Source: Squalus acanthias
Lineage: Eukaryota
Assembly: GCA_030390025.1 (NCBI GenBank)
Contig: JASTWF010000031.1
Location: forward strand, 2,356,001-2,420,000
Reading direction: 5' to 3'
Length of the DNA stretch: 64,000 bases
Below, one piece after another: positions 24,901 to 38,209 of the stretch (its first letter is position 1; every line of letters starts with the position of its first letter). Under the pieces are notes generated by a model, which saw only the letters and a list, made by a program, of their open reading frames with translations, had not been told where the DNA came from and did no database searches. Position numbers and translations under genes: made by a program.

Positions 24901-26700
24901 AGTCTGGATAGCCCTTCTTCTGTTGGCTCACACTGTGACGAGTCAACTCTTAAGGGTATGTATTGACTGCCAACTAGTTCCTGCAGTACCAGAATGGACT
25001 GCGCTGGAGTTCATTAGTGGAAGATTTTGCTCAGTCTGGGAGCTGCCAAACAAAAGGTGGAGAAAACAGACACACTTTGGATAGCATGCAGAGTGGAGAT
25101 GTGAATGTCACTAATATATAGCTCTGTTATGTCCAGGTATAAAAGACAGAGACTGAGAGTGAGTTGAGGTGGTGTGGCTGCTGGTCTTCCTCCAGTGGAT
25201 GCCAATTTTATTCTTGCACCTATTTGTAAGACAAAACAGTTGGCAAAGGCAGCCTGTAACTGAACCATACAGACTGGACGATCCTATCTTCAATTTTTAG
25301 ATTGTGCTGAGTGACTGGATTTCAGCCAGGGCAGCAGTTGGAAGTGGCGGGTTTAAAGTTGACCTTGGCTAGATCAGCCAGGGTCTCGTTCTTAATTGCT
25401 ATGGAGTGACTTCTGCTGCAAAGTGAGTTTGTACATACTGAGTGAGGATGGGATCGGGCATGGCTCTCATGCCCCCAATATTTGAAGTTTGTCAACACTC
25501 ACTTTCTTCATTCAGATGTACACAAAGGCACCTTGCATGAGATACCAAAGGGCAGCCAGCAACTTTGGACCATATCCCAACAAGTCAGCACCTTAAGAGG
25601 GGGGGGGGGGTCAAAATTGATGGGGGAATGGGGGTGAAGTCAAAAAATTCGCAAACCAAGTAAAAATCTTGGGCTGTGAAATGCTCCTCAATGCCTTTCT
25701 AGTGGTTTCCTCCCGCTGATCACATTTGCATCATATTTTGATGACAGAAGTATTTACTCTGTCCATTTGTAGTTCTCCGGGTATTATTAACATGAAATTT
25801 AGTGTTATTTACTGGTTTTTAGGCTGGATTGTGCTTTGTTTTGGATTGTTTTGCTCCAGTGCAAACGGTGAATATAAAATTGTGGCCTAAATGCAGACTG
25901 AATCTTAAAGCAAGTATCTTGCCCAGGTATACAAACATCCCATTTTATTAAAATCTGTATCTCGGACTGGGTCGTGCAGCAAGTTAGAACATTACCCTTG
26001 TATTTCTGGGACCTGGGTTCACATTTGTCCAGCTGTAAGGGCACTACCTTAAGTAAGTTTGGACCAGTCTCAACAAAGTGCCAAGTGGATATGAGTCATA
26101 GCACAAAGCTGCCCACAATTCTATTTGGTGGTTTCACTGTGTGGTTGGTGTAAGAAATGGAAATGTAATACCTGTGGAGGAGGGGAACTCTTCTGAGGTT
26201 GAGGTTCATTCACACCATCAGGCAACAGTGCAGGAAGCTTTTACAGTGCATCTTTATGTGATTGCTGCCAGCCAGAGTGTTTTATGCTGACACTGGGTGG
26301 TTGCAAAAAATATCTGAAAAATCTTCAATTTACTAGCACTGAAATCTCTCATCTTGAGCACAAAGCCACCTTTTTTTCTTTTTAAAAAAAAGTAGTGGCT
26401 ATGCAAGAGGAAGTAAGGAGGCTACAAATCCAAATAAGGACTAAAATAAGACATTTAAAACAAACTATAACAAGCATAGCACTAGTTCAGTTTACAGAAA
26501 AATCAGATTTAAAATATCTCAATAGTAAATGCCCTTTAATAAGATTCAAACTAAGCTTTTTCTTCATCCACATCTATTTCCAAAATAATTAGCAGCTTCA
26601 GAAGGGAATTACAGTGGGAGTTCAGCTCGTGTGCAATTCTTTTGCTGGATAGTTAAAGATCATTCAAAGAACAGCAACTCTTAAAAGACCCCAGCTCTGC

Positions 26701-26706
26701 TTTATT
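26701..26706 (-). other. Candidate proximal polyadenylation signal of AGO1 (AATAAA); more distal candidates at 25944-25949, 25207-25212 and 23545-23550
   Basis: AATAAA about 920 nt after the stop, followed by a GT-rich tract on the minus strand; use not demonstrated. Confidence 0.35.
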
Positions 26707-27627
26707 CATTCAGCTGTCTGCTAAAACTGATAATCTATAATCTACTTGTTTCCTTGCTGCCATTTTCACCCCCTTCTGTATGGCGAGGGCTGAGCAGGAG
26801 TGGCTCACGATATCAGTAAAAATGAAGTGCAGCCATCACGACGTTTTAAGGTTCTTAACGCGACATTTTAAAAAAATAATTTACAAGAGATTCCATTTTT
26901 TATCTGCCTCAAGTCCAAGACTTACTACTTTTCCCATAAATTCATAATAACTTTCAAAGTCCAGACTTTGGAAAGTGACCACATGATAACATTAAGATTC
27001 CTTTAGATTGTGTAAATACAATGTTTCTGCACTTGTCAAAATGAAACTGAAAAGCACAATAAAGAATGACACATCACAAAGAACATAAACAGGTCAAAAA
27101 CTATTGATATGTTTTGGTGCCAACTTAGGCATATGTATGAAAAAAAATTCTGGCAAGTCTAACAGACTTAGAGATTCAAATAATCACAAGTCCAGGCACT
27201 AAATTGAGAAGCTCAGCTTTTGGACCGATGGGATTTTTCAACCCCTGAATGATGTCCTTGAAGTAGTTGCTTATTGACCATTTTCTTTTATCCATGTGTC
27301 TCTAAAAACTAACAGGAGTTTGGCAGTGGTGAACATTTGCATTTTACATTAAAAAGTTATCAATATATTGCATAAATACGTGTAAAAAATAAAACTTGAA
27401 TGTGAAACCTGTTTTCTTCATGGAGAAGTGTTTGATCTCTTTTCTATAATCTGTTTGGTCAGTCTTTCCCCGCCCATTAGTAGTTCATTGAAAGCTACTC
27501 CTTGTAAAATACATGTTGACCCCTTCCAACCTCCAAGACATATTCAGTGAAAGATGCTTGAATGTTCTTGTATGGCTGCTTTTGGTCCAGAAGGCTGGCA
27601 GGTTGAGGTGACTGAACTATCACGTAG

Positions 27628-27736
27628 TTAAGCGAAGTACATTGTGCGTAAGGTGTCCTGGTGAACCTGCACGGCTTTAGCAAGTGCCTGGGGATCCCGT
27701 CCATTACTCTGTCCAGAGATATGGCTGCCTTCTCCA
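27628..27736 (-). CDS. AGO1: AGO1 terminal coding exon (S)[35 protein letters not shown]
   Basis: End of ORF 27628-27969; ttacag acceptor; TAA stop at 27630-27628; C-terminus recognised as AGO1. Confidence 0.97.
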
Positions 27737-27999
27737 CTGTAAACAAAAGAAGAAAAATAAACAAAATTCTCCTTCCATTTGCCCACTAACAACTTGTTGC
27801 AGATTAGGATCTCAGCAAGTATTTCTTTACACAGAGGGTGATCGACAGCTGGAACAGGTTTAAAAAAAAGGCTAGTTGAGGCCAGGGCACTTGACTCATT
27901 TAAGAAATAGCTAGCTATATGCTGTAACAGGAAGATGGTATTTTGAAAGAATAAGATCAAATGGGCCAAAAGGCAGTCTTCAACAGAACCTATCTTATC

Positions 28000-28965
28000 A
28001 AGACCCCTGGAATATCTTCCCCCAAGATGCTTACCAGTGCACTCTTAACCTCCCAACTGCATAGCCTTTGGGCTCTATTTGCCACAATACCTCTGCAGCT
28101 GTTGATTGCTCAACTAGTCCCTCGTCAGCTTTGATGCCCTCAACCCCAGCAAAACCATCCCTGTTGTTCCCCCAAAACAGGTCCCCAACTTGGTTCCCTC
28201 CAGTCCAAAGGGCGCAAACTCAAGGAGGACCTAGCACACAACTAGCTTAGCTATCCATCGCCAGATCTGACTGGACCACAACTGGGCATCACTATCATGT
28301 CAAAATGACCCCACTGCTCCGGAGGGCAAAGATAACAACTTCCAGGTTCCTTTTCTCCACCACCAACTGCCTCCTTAAATCACTCTCCCCTGTCCCCTCC
28401 ACCCTCGCTTCTAACAAGAAGTGTGAGGACCTCATGGGATTTCTTCAACACCATTCCAGATACTATCTCTCTTTGCTGCTTCCTCCCCTTCCCACCATGC
28501 TAAACATTCCCCAAGGTAACCCGTACCCTAGCCCAATTCTCTCTCTGGTTTCACTCCCACCTAGCCCATGCCCTCTCCAAGCTCATCTTGTTTGAGACCC
28601 ACTTCCTGCTCTTTCAATCCCATTTCCGCTAAACTGCTGACTACCCAACTTCCCATCTGGCCCCCATGCTAGTTGACATGTAAATACTTCATCTCCTCAG
28701 GCACTGTCCCCATACCTTTCAAAACCACCATCACCAGCCACCTCTTCAAAAAATGCACCCTTGTCCCATCTGTCCTAGCAAACTACCGCCTCATTTCCAA
28801 CCTCCCTGTTCTTCCAACGTACTTGAATTGTCGGTGTCTCAGATCTGTTCTCATATTTCTCGCAATCCCCCATATGACTTCCTCCAATTAAGTTACTGCT
28901 CCTCCCTAGCACCGAATCAGCCTTAACCAAAGTCATGAACAATATTCTCTGTGACTGTGACACAG
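28000..28965 (+). mobile_element. Degraded L2-clade ORF2 fragment
   Basis: LANYRLISNLPVL (NYRPIS-like motif) and STESALTKVMNNILCD. Confidence 0.7.
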
Positions 28966-29950
28966 CAATATTTGGCTTATCTGAACAGCAAGAGATTTTT
29001 TTCTACCGTTAAATTTGTCATATTTACATTGATGTAGTAACTCAATGTAGTACTTCCTTTGTATTTTGACTTTCCGAAGCTGGAGAGCCTTGAGGCTTTA
29101 TAATGAATCTGTATACTCATTAAAAATCTATGAATTAGTGATGGAAGAGAAGAAATATCTCCAAAAGCTGATGGATTGAAGTAATGAATCAGTAGGCAAT
29201 GAAAATATGTTCAAAGAGAAAAGTTTAACAGCTTGGTAAGAAATATTTCTATATTCAATTGACATTTTTATAGGAAGCTGCAGATGACCATATGGATGTT
29301 GGAGAAGGCAGCTGTGTTTGTGTGTGGAGAAAGCTGAGTCATAGTTTACTGACAGGAGGAGAGTACAAACTCCCAAGATAGACAGAGAGTGACACAAACA
29401 ATTTCTGTGGAAATTGTTGCAGATCAACAATTCAAACCTGACAAGACAGCTGCAACACCCACAAATCCTCTCTCCTGTTGTTCTCTTCTGTTGAAATTTC
29501 ATATAATTTGCTTTAATTACTTTGATATTAGGAAAGATGACTCCCAATACCTGTTCCTATTAATAGGGGAGGGAAAGTAAAACTCAAACTGATCAATGCT
29601 ATAGACCATGAAATTGTAGCACATGCACTCATGACTCCACACATACTAAGCTGCTTATCTCAATGACATGCACTTCTCCACAAAAAGATAATATTTAACA
29701 AAAGTTTGCTTATAAAATCATCAGAGAAAGTCACCCATGGCCCACCTTCTTGCGAGACTGTGACCCATGCAGAGGCCTAAGATAATCATAAATATATCAC
29801 GGCACCTTCACCAACCAGTCCCAAGCTGGCTCTTAACAAAAGAGGCAACGCTGTAGCAGGAGGCATTAATTACACGTTTTTATATTATGCAGTAAATATA
29901 TGCAAACTGGTGAAGTAAATCTACAGCAATTATTCAGACCGTTTCCCTTA

Positions 29951-30172
<222 letters not shown>

Positions 30173-32915
30173 TTATGAATTTCAATTGAGAGAATAGCAC
30201 TGAAAAAGCATACTGAAATCTACCTCTTCACTGCTGTACTGTCTTTAATGTAAATATCTTTAGGGATCAATAAGCTTAATTTCAGAAGTCAGCTGCCTGT
30301 TTCATACCTACACTGACCAAAACCTTTTCAGACCGCCACATCCTAAGGAAACAAAAACTCAAACCTCTTGCCACAATTTGGAAAGGTTTTTACATGTCCG
30401 CTCTTCTCTTTCCTCCTACAAAGTAAATTATAAAATTGAAAACAACTTTCATTCCAACACCAGCACAGTACGTCAGACTAGTAGCATTCAAAGCAAGATA
30501 CTTCCTGATGGACAATGAACATGACAGATAAGGACAATGGTCCAAATAACTAGTATAAATCTACCTCACTAATACTTCCCACCGTCTGGGCTAACACATG
30601 AAGAATGACTGCTTAGATAAGATACTGGAGTCATGTGGCCTTGGTAGGATGATCTGTTAACATGACTCATCAGCTTCAGGAGTGGAGGGAAGGAAGGAAA
30701 ATAATGACCCTTTTCTCTTCCCAAAATTGGCAGATTACCATTTTGAAAACAGTTCTCAAACAGTATGCTTGCCCATTGTACATGCAGTACAGCACCATTC
30801 CACTTTAATTTAAAAGCTGAATGTTGGCTTGCCTAATGTCAGTGAGTAAATACAGTGGCCAATGTTGAACTGAGCCCTACAGTCCAGCAAAGTCCCAGGT
30901 CGAATCTTAGTCGACTGAGTGAATCTCAGGTCGCCACTGAATTCAATGATCACAGTCAGGTCAGCAGTATTCACGTTATAACGGGAGAGAAAACGACAAG
31001 TAAGAATGACTGTAGTAATAGGAAAGGTGCCTTAATATTTGTTTATGAAGCTAAATGCTGTAACTCAGGATGCACATCACTGAAGAAATAATTAGATTTC
31101 CAAGGCTATCTGTATCATATCAGTTAATAAACTGACTTTGATGTTCCATAAGTGAACGGAGATATTAAATTTACACTGCAATCTCCAAGATCACTGACTG
31201 AAACACCAAAATCAGGCAGGGAGAGATAACATCTTCAAAGTGTAATTACTTTTTCACAACATTCCACATCCCTGTTTCTTTAGCAATATCCTGAAGCCAA
31301 CCCTGCTGTGCAATTGCCATTCTTCTCTCTCTCTCTACCATTTTTCTTTGTTATGAAGTACTTAACCAAAATGTGTTGTTTTTCCAACTGGGGAAAGTCT
31401 CAATTTGTCAAAACAGCAGCAGGAGCAGTATTTTCATGTAGCATTCAAACTAGGAATCCTTCAGAGCAAGTCCTTAACTTGGCGTAAAGGGAAAGTGAGA
31501 AAGAGCAAAGGTATGAGAGTGTGAAATTAGTTGATGTTTAATTATATTGCTTATTGTTGGGGGGGGGGGGGTTGGGTGTGGTGAGGAAGAGAAAAAAGAG
31601 AGAAAGAATGATAAATGAGGCATAATGTACTGAAGCTTAAACACAGGAAGTGGCAAGTTGCAGAAAATAAATTACGAAGTGGTGCAAACTTCCTCAATAA
31701 TTTAACTCTCGATAAATCCCAAGTCTGCATGCTCTTCCATCTCTCTAGAGGCTCTTCTAATACCTCTCAGACTGAAGGACAGATATAAAACAAGGTTGTC
31801 ACCTGATTGACAATTCCCTCTCACCTCTCTCCCTGTTGTAATGTTTTGAGTCAATTTTCCCTCCCTGGTCTCTCTCTATGTTACTAACACCATTATGGTC
31901 AATACTCCTCCACTTTCATTCGTTAGTCCTCCAAAACTGCAAATGCACCATCCTACATGATCTTGCTGTTCCCTTAATCCTCACTGTGTTGACATCAAGT
32001 CTTGTTGTAGAACCTCTCAGACTCCAACTCCCTGTTCAAGAACCTCAAACTAGAATTTCTTACCCCCTCCCCTCCGCCGCCACCTTCCCTTCTTCCGACA
32101 ATTGTCAGGTTTGTAAAGCCACAACTCGTCCAAATCTAATCATTATTTCCGGTGTACCTTACCTTCTATTTTCAGCCTTGGTGTGGTTCTGCAATGTAGG
32201 CCTACGCCCAACACAAATTTCTCAATAAACAGACTGCACGTGGTGCTTCAAGTTATATCTGCCATATCACAAGCTCCATCCTTAGTAATTCACACCCACC
32301 TGTGTGTAGCCTATTTTTGCAGTGATAACTGGCACCATGACAGGATCTGAATGGGAAGAACAATGTAGGAAAGGAGGAAGCAACAAATAGAAATCAAGCA
32401 AGGTGGGAGAGGAATGGAGACTGTCAAGAGAGAAATTTGAGCACTGGTAGCCCAGGGGTGGGTAGATACATATGCATTTAGATTCAAAAAGTAGTTCTGG
32501 CAGTACCACCTGTGTCCTGGAAACTCCCCTCTTAGCTTGCTCGATTTCTATTTGTTGCTTCCTTTTTTCTTACATCCATCTAAAAAACAAAGGCAGCCAT
32601 TTCATGCTGAGGCTATTTACGTTAGTTTCTGTTGGTGATGGAAGTTTGCAAATTGACCTGGATCTGGCAATCTGCAAAACTTCCCATCAACATCAATTAA
32701 CCTGTACCTGACCTTAGAACCTATTTAGACCAGTTCTCCAGAGGATGTAGCTGGGCAGTTGCCTTAATGGGAAAAAAGAGTCAGGCTAGCAGCTAAACAT
32801 GCTCCAGACCCTAAACTACTTTTCAACACTGCCACAGGAGATCAGCTACTGTGTGTAAATTCCCCTCAGCTCTCCTATTCTGCAATGGTCACAAGTACAA
32901 AGGTACCCAACTAAC

Positions 32916-33017
32916 CTGAATCCCAGCATGGCTGCACAGGTAGAAATCAAACTCAAATGGGTGGGTGATATTGGTATCAACCGTTGTTCCTGCTGGTATG
33001 TTTCCACTTTTACCAAT
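32916..33017 (-). CDS. AGO1: AGO1 exon (~17; PIWI) [34 protein letters not shown]
   Basis: Polypyrimidine tract plus ggcag acceptor, gttagt donor, 102 nt. Confidence 0.97.
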
Positions 33018-33719
33018 CTGCCAAAAGAAAAAAACAAGTATTTAATACTTTTTGAACCGGAAAGAAGAACAAAAGGAACATTTTGCCATATTTAAAGATT
33101 GATCATTTCATATTGGCTCATATTGTGTATTAGTTCTAAGCGCATCTTCAGGTTTTGTGCATATGCAAACCAGACTATAAGTTCAGGTGATACTGGTACG
33201 CTTGAGAGTAGCACACCGTACAACTGCAACACTGGCACCTGGGTACCAGCAGAGGCACAGATCCAGTAGGTGTAGCACAGGTATTATCAGGTTTGAAATA
33301 TTATACCCTTAATATTAGCATGGGTGCAGATCCTTTACTTCTCACCTCAGCCCTAGCACAAGTCTCATAGTATTTATGAAAATGATCAGTAAAGTGTACA
33401 TAGGCTGATTTTAATACTAAGTCAGTGTTGACTATCAAATTATGATATACTTTGCAGTATTCTTTGAATAACGCTAAAATGTACCCTAATCTGATTATGC
33501 AGTGGAAGCCAATTTAGTGGACGCCCTGATGGAAATTTCACTTTAAGCAAAATCCATTAGTACTGGCTGAAGTACAATGGGTGAAAACTGCTGCCCCAGA
33601 AAAGTCTCCTATAAGGGACTTCCACCCCAATAGGTATTCCCATTAATGTGGGTCAAATTACTAATATTTTAATTTGGTTTGTTACAGATTTAAGGTTTTC
33701 TCTCAATAAAAGCACCCCT

Positions 33720-34078
33720 ATAGTGAGCCATACAGACCAAGAAGGCTCCATGTTCTATCAGTGAGCTTTCCTGAATTTAGCTGATCTTAGCCAGGCCAGG
33801 GCGGCAGTGGGAACAGAGAATCTCAATGTCACTCAGGGGGGAAAAATTCAGCTGGATTACTAATTCCGATAGCCATCCAGAAACTTCTGCTACACAGTTT
33901 GTGTCCATGGATGGGATCATTCCTGCCTTTGGCACCTCCATAGTCAAATATCCTGCTGGCATTCACTGTCTGAGCTTACACATGAAGCATAGCTACTTTA
34001 GCGAAGCACTGGAGGGTTGCAGCACTACCCATGGGATGTACTAAGCAAGAACCAGCGCCTTCAAGAGGGGAGAAAAGA
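33720..34078 (+). mobile_element. Ancient SINE-like repeat (AmnSINE2-like by recollection); further copies near 14055-15500(-), 23960-24245(-), 25260-25600(+), 30590-30700(+), 35380-35600(+), 44955-45195(+), 55915-56295(-)
   Basis: Copies share 'catacagacca.gaagg...ttagctgatct.agcc...ggaaaaa.tcagc...ctcacacatgaagaat...gccttca.gag'. Confidence 0.65.
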
Positions 34079-34161
34079 GGGAAAGAAAAAAAAACATACG
34101 AATGAAAAAATAACCTCAGCTTGCATCAATAGATTAACTGAAGTTATTTCACTACGCTTAC

Positions 34162-34296
34162 CCTCTCGCTCTTATCTGCACAGAAGAGTCGTGTGTGGTG
34201 CCGTTTCTGGACAACTATATAGGTAATTCCAGGCTGATAATCTTTTTCCAGTTTGATACATGCATCACGGATAGCCAGGAGCTCATAGTGTAAAAT
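34162..34296 (-). CDS. AGO1: AGO1 exon (~16; PIWI) [45 protein letters not shown]
   Basis: ttccag acceptor, gtaagc donor, 135 nt; [10 protein letters not shown] motif. Confidence 0.97.
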
Positions 34297-34937
34297 CTGG
34301 AAAAGAAGGTTTCAGGTGGTTTGTTAATTTAAATAAGCATTTAAAACAGTTTTGGTGAGGAGCAGAGGAGAAGGTTGCTGCAACAGAAGTTTGGCAGGAC
34401 TAGTAATGTAGCTGTTTATGAAATGTTGTCATCAGGAAATCTTTGGTTTTCAAGCCAAAGTAATACGAAACAATCTGATGTCAGATACAAGGACAAATAT
34501 ATCCCTTTAGAGGAGTGATTTTACCAATAGGATGGACAGAGCTATTTTAGGATGGATGTGAAAATCCTATTGAAACATTCTCTGCAGAGTGTAGAAGAAA
34601 GGTGTAGAGAATGGCTATTTTTCATTATCCAGGTTGTATTAAGTACAGCCTGCATTGTCCAAGTTACCACATTTCAACTAGGTTCATGACGACTGATCAT
34701 AATATAGCATTGATAACAGCCAGACTATCCTTCCTCCCACTGAGAGGAGGAAGTGATAAGCAAGATATCGAGGGTTGATACAAAAATGAAAATCTGGTTT
34801 AATTTTTTTGTTGATATTGTTCACTTCTGCCTCTATCGAAATCCATCAAGGTAACCCCTGCAAATCTGAACTCTACTTCAATTGACTTATACCATTTCAG
34901 GTGTTTACTTCAGTGAGTGAATGGAACTTTGAGCTAC

Positions 34938-35132
34938 CTGTGGCAATTGTCCCTCAGGGACACCGTCCCTATAGAAGATAATCCTTGTTGGCTTAAAGCG
35001 GGTCGATTTGTAAAACTGGATCAGAAGTTCTCGAACCATGTAGGAAAGGTCTTCAATTATCTCCTGACGGGGTCGCTGCACACGGACTGTGGCACAGTAA
35101 CGGCTTGGATGGGCATCCATGCTGCCAACCAC
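34938..35132 (-). CDS. AGO1: AGO1 exon (~15; PIWI) [65 protein letters not shown]
   Basis: ORF 34905-35132; ccag acceptor, gtagc donor, 195 nt; [11 protein letters not shown] is AGO1-type. Confidence 0.97.
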
Positions 35133-36149
35133 CTGGTATGAAAAAATAGAACTCTCTCAGGAGAACTAATGATATTGCATAAGCAACTGTAATGTCAAAA
35201 CTGAAATTTCTGAATGCGCTTGGGTAATCTGAATCCAGATTCTGCTGGGTAATAAACTGCCATAAAATCCCCCAGTATATAACACTGGCTTAGCAGTTGT
35301 ACTCAAGAGTGTAGAAAATGGAAGTGGCTCCTCCTGATGTCTCCGTCAGCACACTCTCTCCCCGCTCCTCTCCCAGTACTAAGTCATACAGACCAAGACG
35401 GTTCCAGGTTCAATCACTTGAATGTGTTGAGTTAACTGAGTTCATTTGAAGCCTTGGTGGGGCATTTCTAATGACCTCAGCAACCCTGGTCTAAAAGAAA
35501 AATGGAAAATTCCACCAGTGCTCTGCTCATTCTCAACATGGACTCCAGCTGGAAAATGTGTGTGTGCTCCTTCGTGAAGGTCCAGCCTGGCTGTGATATC
35601 CTCCCCCCATGCCCCCCCCTTCCGACCCCCAACAATAGTTGTACAGCTTACCAATCCTTTTACCTGCACCCTCGGCTCAGACAAAGTACACGGGCCTCTT
35701 AAGGAGTCATATAAAAGTTTAGGCACTTTTTCTCTGTCTCCTTACAATTCCCTGTTCCCTTCTTTGGATGTCTCTGCCAGGTACTCCACTTAAAAACTTG
35801 CTTTAATTGTGGCATGAAATAATACAGGAGCCCTCTCTGAATTATACCAGACAGTGAACTCAGTCTGGCCAAAAGTTTATGACTTACCTGCTGCTGCTGT
35901 AATCTTCAGCCATTCTTGGCTTTTTAAAGGCTGCTCTGCTAATTTCCAAGCTCCCCCAGTGCAATACTCTAATGCTACACAGGATTTGGGCAAATGAACA
36001 GCCAAAGGACATGCAACTGAGCTGACCCTGTAAATTGAGGTGGGGTTAGTGATAGACAACATCGACGGGCTGAGTCCTGGCTGAGGGACACAACACTGGC
36101 GTAAATGGCCCTGTGGAATTTCAGGGCCAGTGCTTTTAATGTGGAAAAA

Positions 36150-37315
36150 TATTCCAAGATGCTTTAAAAGTAAAAGAAAATAACTAAATAGATACTAAGC
36201 CATGGTGGGCGAGTTAGGAGGGATGGCCAAAAGAGTTGTCAAAAAGATGGATTTTCATAAGGCTTTTGAAAGTGGAAAAAGCGAGAGTTGGAGGAGCTTA
36301 GGAAGGGCGTTCCAGATAGGGAGGATGCACAGAAGAGCAGAGTTGAAAGATCAAAGAGTGCAGGATAAGACACAAAGCTGGAGGAGTAGAAATAGGTTGG
36401 TAGCAAGGCCATGGAGGAATCGGAAGATGAAGGAATGTACTAGGGGATTGGGAGCAAGTATAGATCAGTGAGGAGTTATGGGTAAGTGAAAGTCTGTGCA
36501 TGCAGAACATGAACTAAGCTTTGACTGGGTTTAAGTTTATAGATTAGGAAGACTGGGAGGCCAGCAAGGAGGATATTGGGAGAAATCAAGTCTAGGTGAC
36601 AAAAGCAGTAAGTGCTTTGGTTGCAGTGTGCAGTGGCGTGAAATAGAGTTGGAGGTTGGCAATGTTGCTAGCAGTCTTGGTGAGGATAGTGTGTGGGGGT
36701 TTGAAAATTGAGTTGAACAGGATACCAATGTTTTACATGTGACTTGATACAGTCTGAGTGAGTGGCTGGAGAGGGGGATGGTATTAGTGACAAGGGAGTG
36801 GCGTTTATGTTGGCGGCTGGAAATGATGGCTTTGCTCTTCCCAATGTTCAGTTGGAGGAAGTTTTCATTCATCATTGGACCTATACTCTATGGAGTTTAG
36901 AAGAATGAGAGATGATCTCATTGAAACATATAAGATTCTGACGGGTTGTTGCCCCTGGCTGGAGAGTCTAGAACTAGGAGGCATAGTCTAAGGATAAAGG
37001 GTCGGCCATTTAAAACTGCAATAAGGAAGAATTTCTTCACTCAGAGGGTTGTGAATCTTTAGAATTCTCTACCCCAAAGGATTGTGGATGCTGAATCATT
37101 GAGTATATTCAAGACTCAGATGGATAGATTTGTGGACTCTAGGTGAATCGAGGGATTTGGAGATCGGGTGGGAAAGTGGAGTTGAGGTCGAAGATCAACC
37201 ATGATCTTACTGAATGGCTCGAGGGGCCGCACAGCCTACTCCTGCTCCTAATTCTTATGTTCTTATCCATGACTTAATGTCAGTCTAGCAGTTTGAGAGC
37301 AGAGATCGTGGCATT
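36150..37315 (-). mobile_element. L2-clade LINE fragment interrupted by a CR1
   Basis: ORF 36537-36875 (NFLQLNIGKSKAI); resumes after 37266. Confidence 0.75.
36876..37266 (+). mobile_element. CR1 3' fragment
   Basis: Similar to 14960-15389; ttcttatgttcttat tail. Confidence 0.85.
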
Positions 37316-38209
37316 GCCATTTTCTGGTTTTGTGGTCTTTCGGGGATCTTTCCAAATCGATCACTATAATCAGATTCCACTGTACTTCAGTTTGGCAACT
37401 CAACCAAATTTAATAACATTACAAATATGGTATATGCATGAAAGAAAGTAAAATCAAGTTCTTTTTTAATTTTATTTTTAGTTAAAGACTATGGGCTGGA
37501 TATCCCTCTTTGTAAGTTTATCAGTAAGGGTGTGGCAGGACTGAAATTCTGCCTACCAGTGGGACATTTTCCTTAACTTAGTTCAGCTTAACTGTAAGAT
37601 TGTGGCCGAAATCCCAGGGTTATTTGCACTTTCTATTGGGAGCTCACCTCTGGGGTGATTGGTGGGGGGGGGGGGGGGACAGACATTCAGCACTACTGTA
37701 GCATTCAAGTGGCTGTAGCAGCTTCAAAGGGCAGGGTGCTATCATCCGGCTGCAAGAAATGGAAGAATGTGAGAAAGAGAAGGATGTCCAAGACTGCTAC
37801 ATAAGGGTAGAGAGCCCCCAAATTTTCTGACTCCTCTGTTGAGGTTTTGTTGGCCAAAGCAAAAGAGGCAGGCAATCTTTGGCACCAAGGAAACTGGGTC
37901 AAATAAAGGAATAGTGCAGGCCTAGTGGAAGGAGTCAACCTTGGCTGCAAGTGCCACCTCCAGCAAAGCCCACATGGCTACTCAGTGCAGGAAGAGGTTC
38001 AGTAACTTTGCCAGGTTAGCCAAGGTAACAGGACGCACACTTAAAATAAATACACTGTTTTAAATATTTCCACATTCACCCTCCTTACGTTGAACATCAT
38101 TTACTTGAAAATGTAGAAGAGGTACCAAAAGACTATACACACTCCCTTCCCCTGCAAGTGTTCCTTCACTTACATCTTAACCTAAAGGGAAGGAGTGAAG
38201 ACACAGCAA

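Noticed and set aside
27600-27615. Canonical let-7 seed site after the AGO1 stop
   Set aside because: Sequence is TCACCTCA, mismatched at seed position 7; kept only as part of the readthrough finding
27737-27969. N-terminal part of ORF 27628-27969
   Set aside because: Intronic; only the part after the AG acceptor at 27737 matches AGO1
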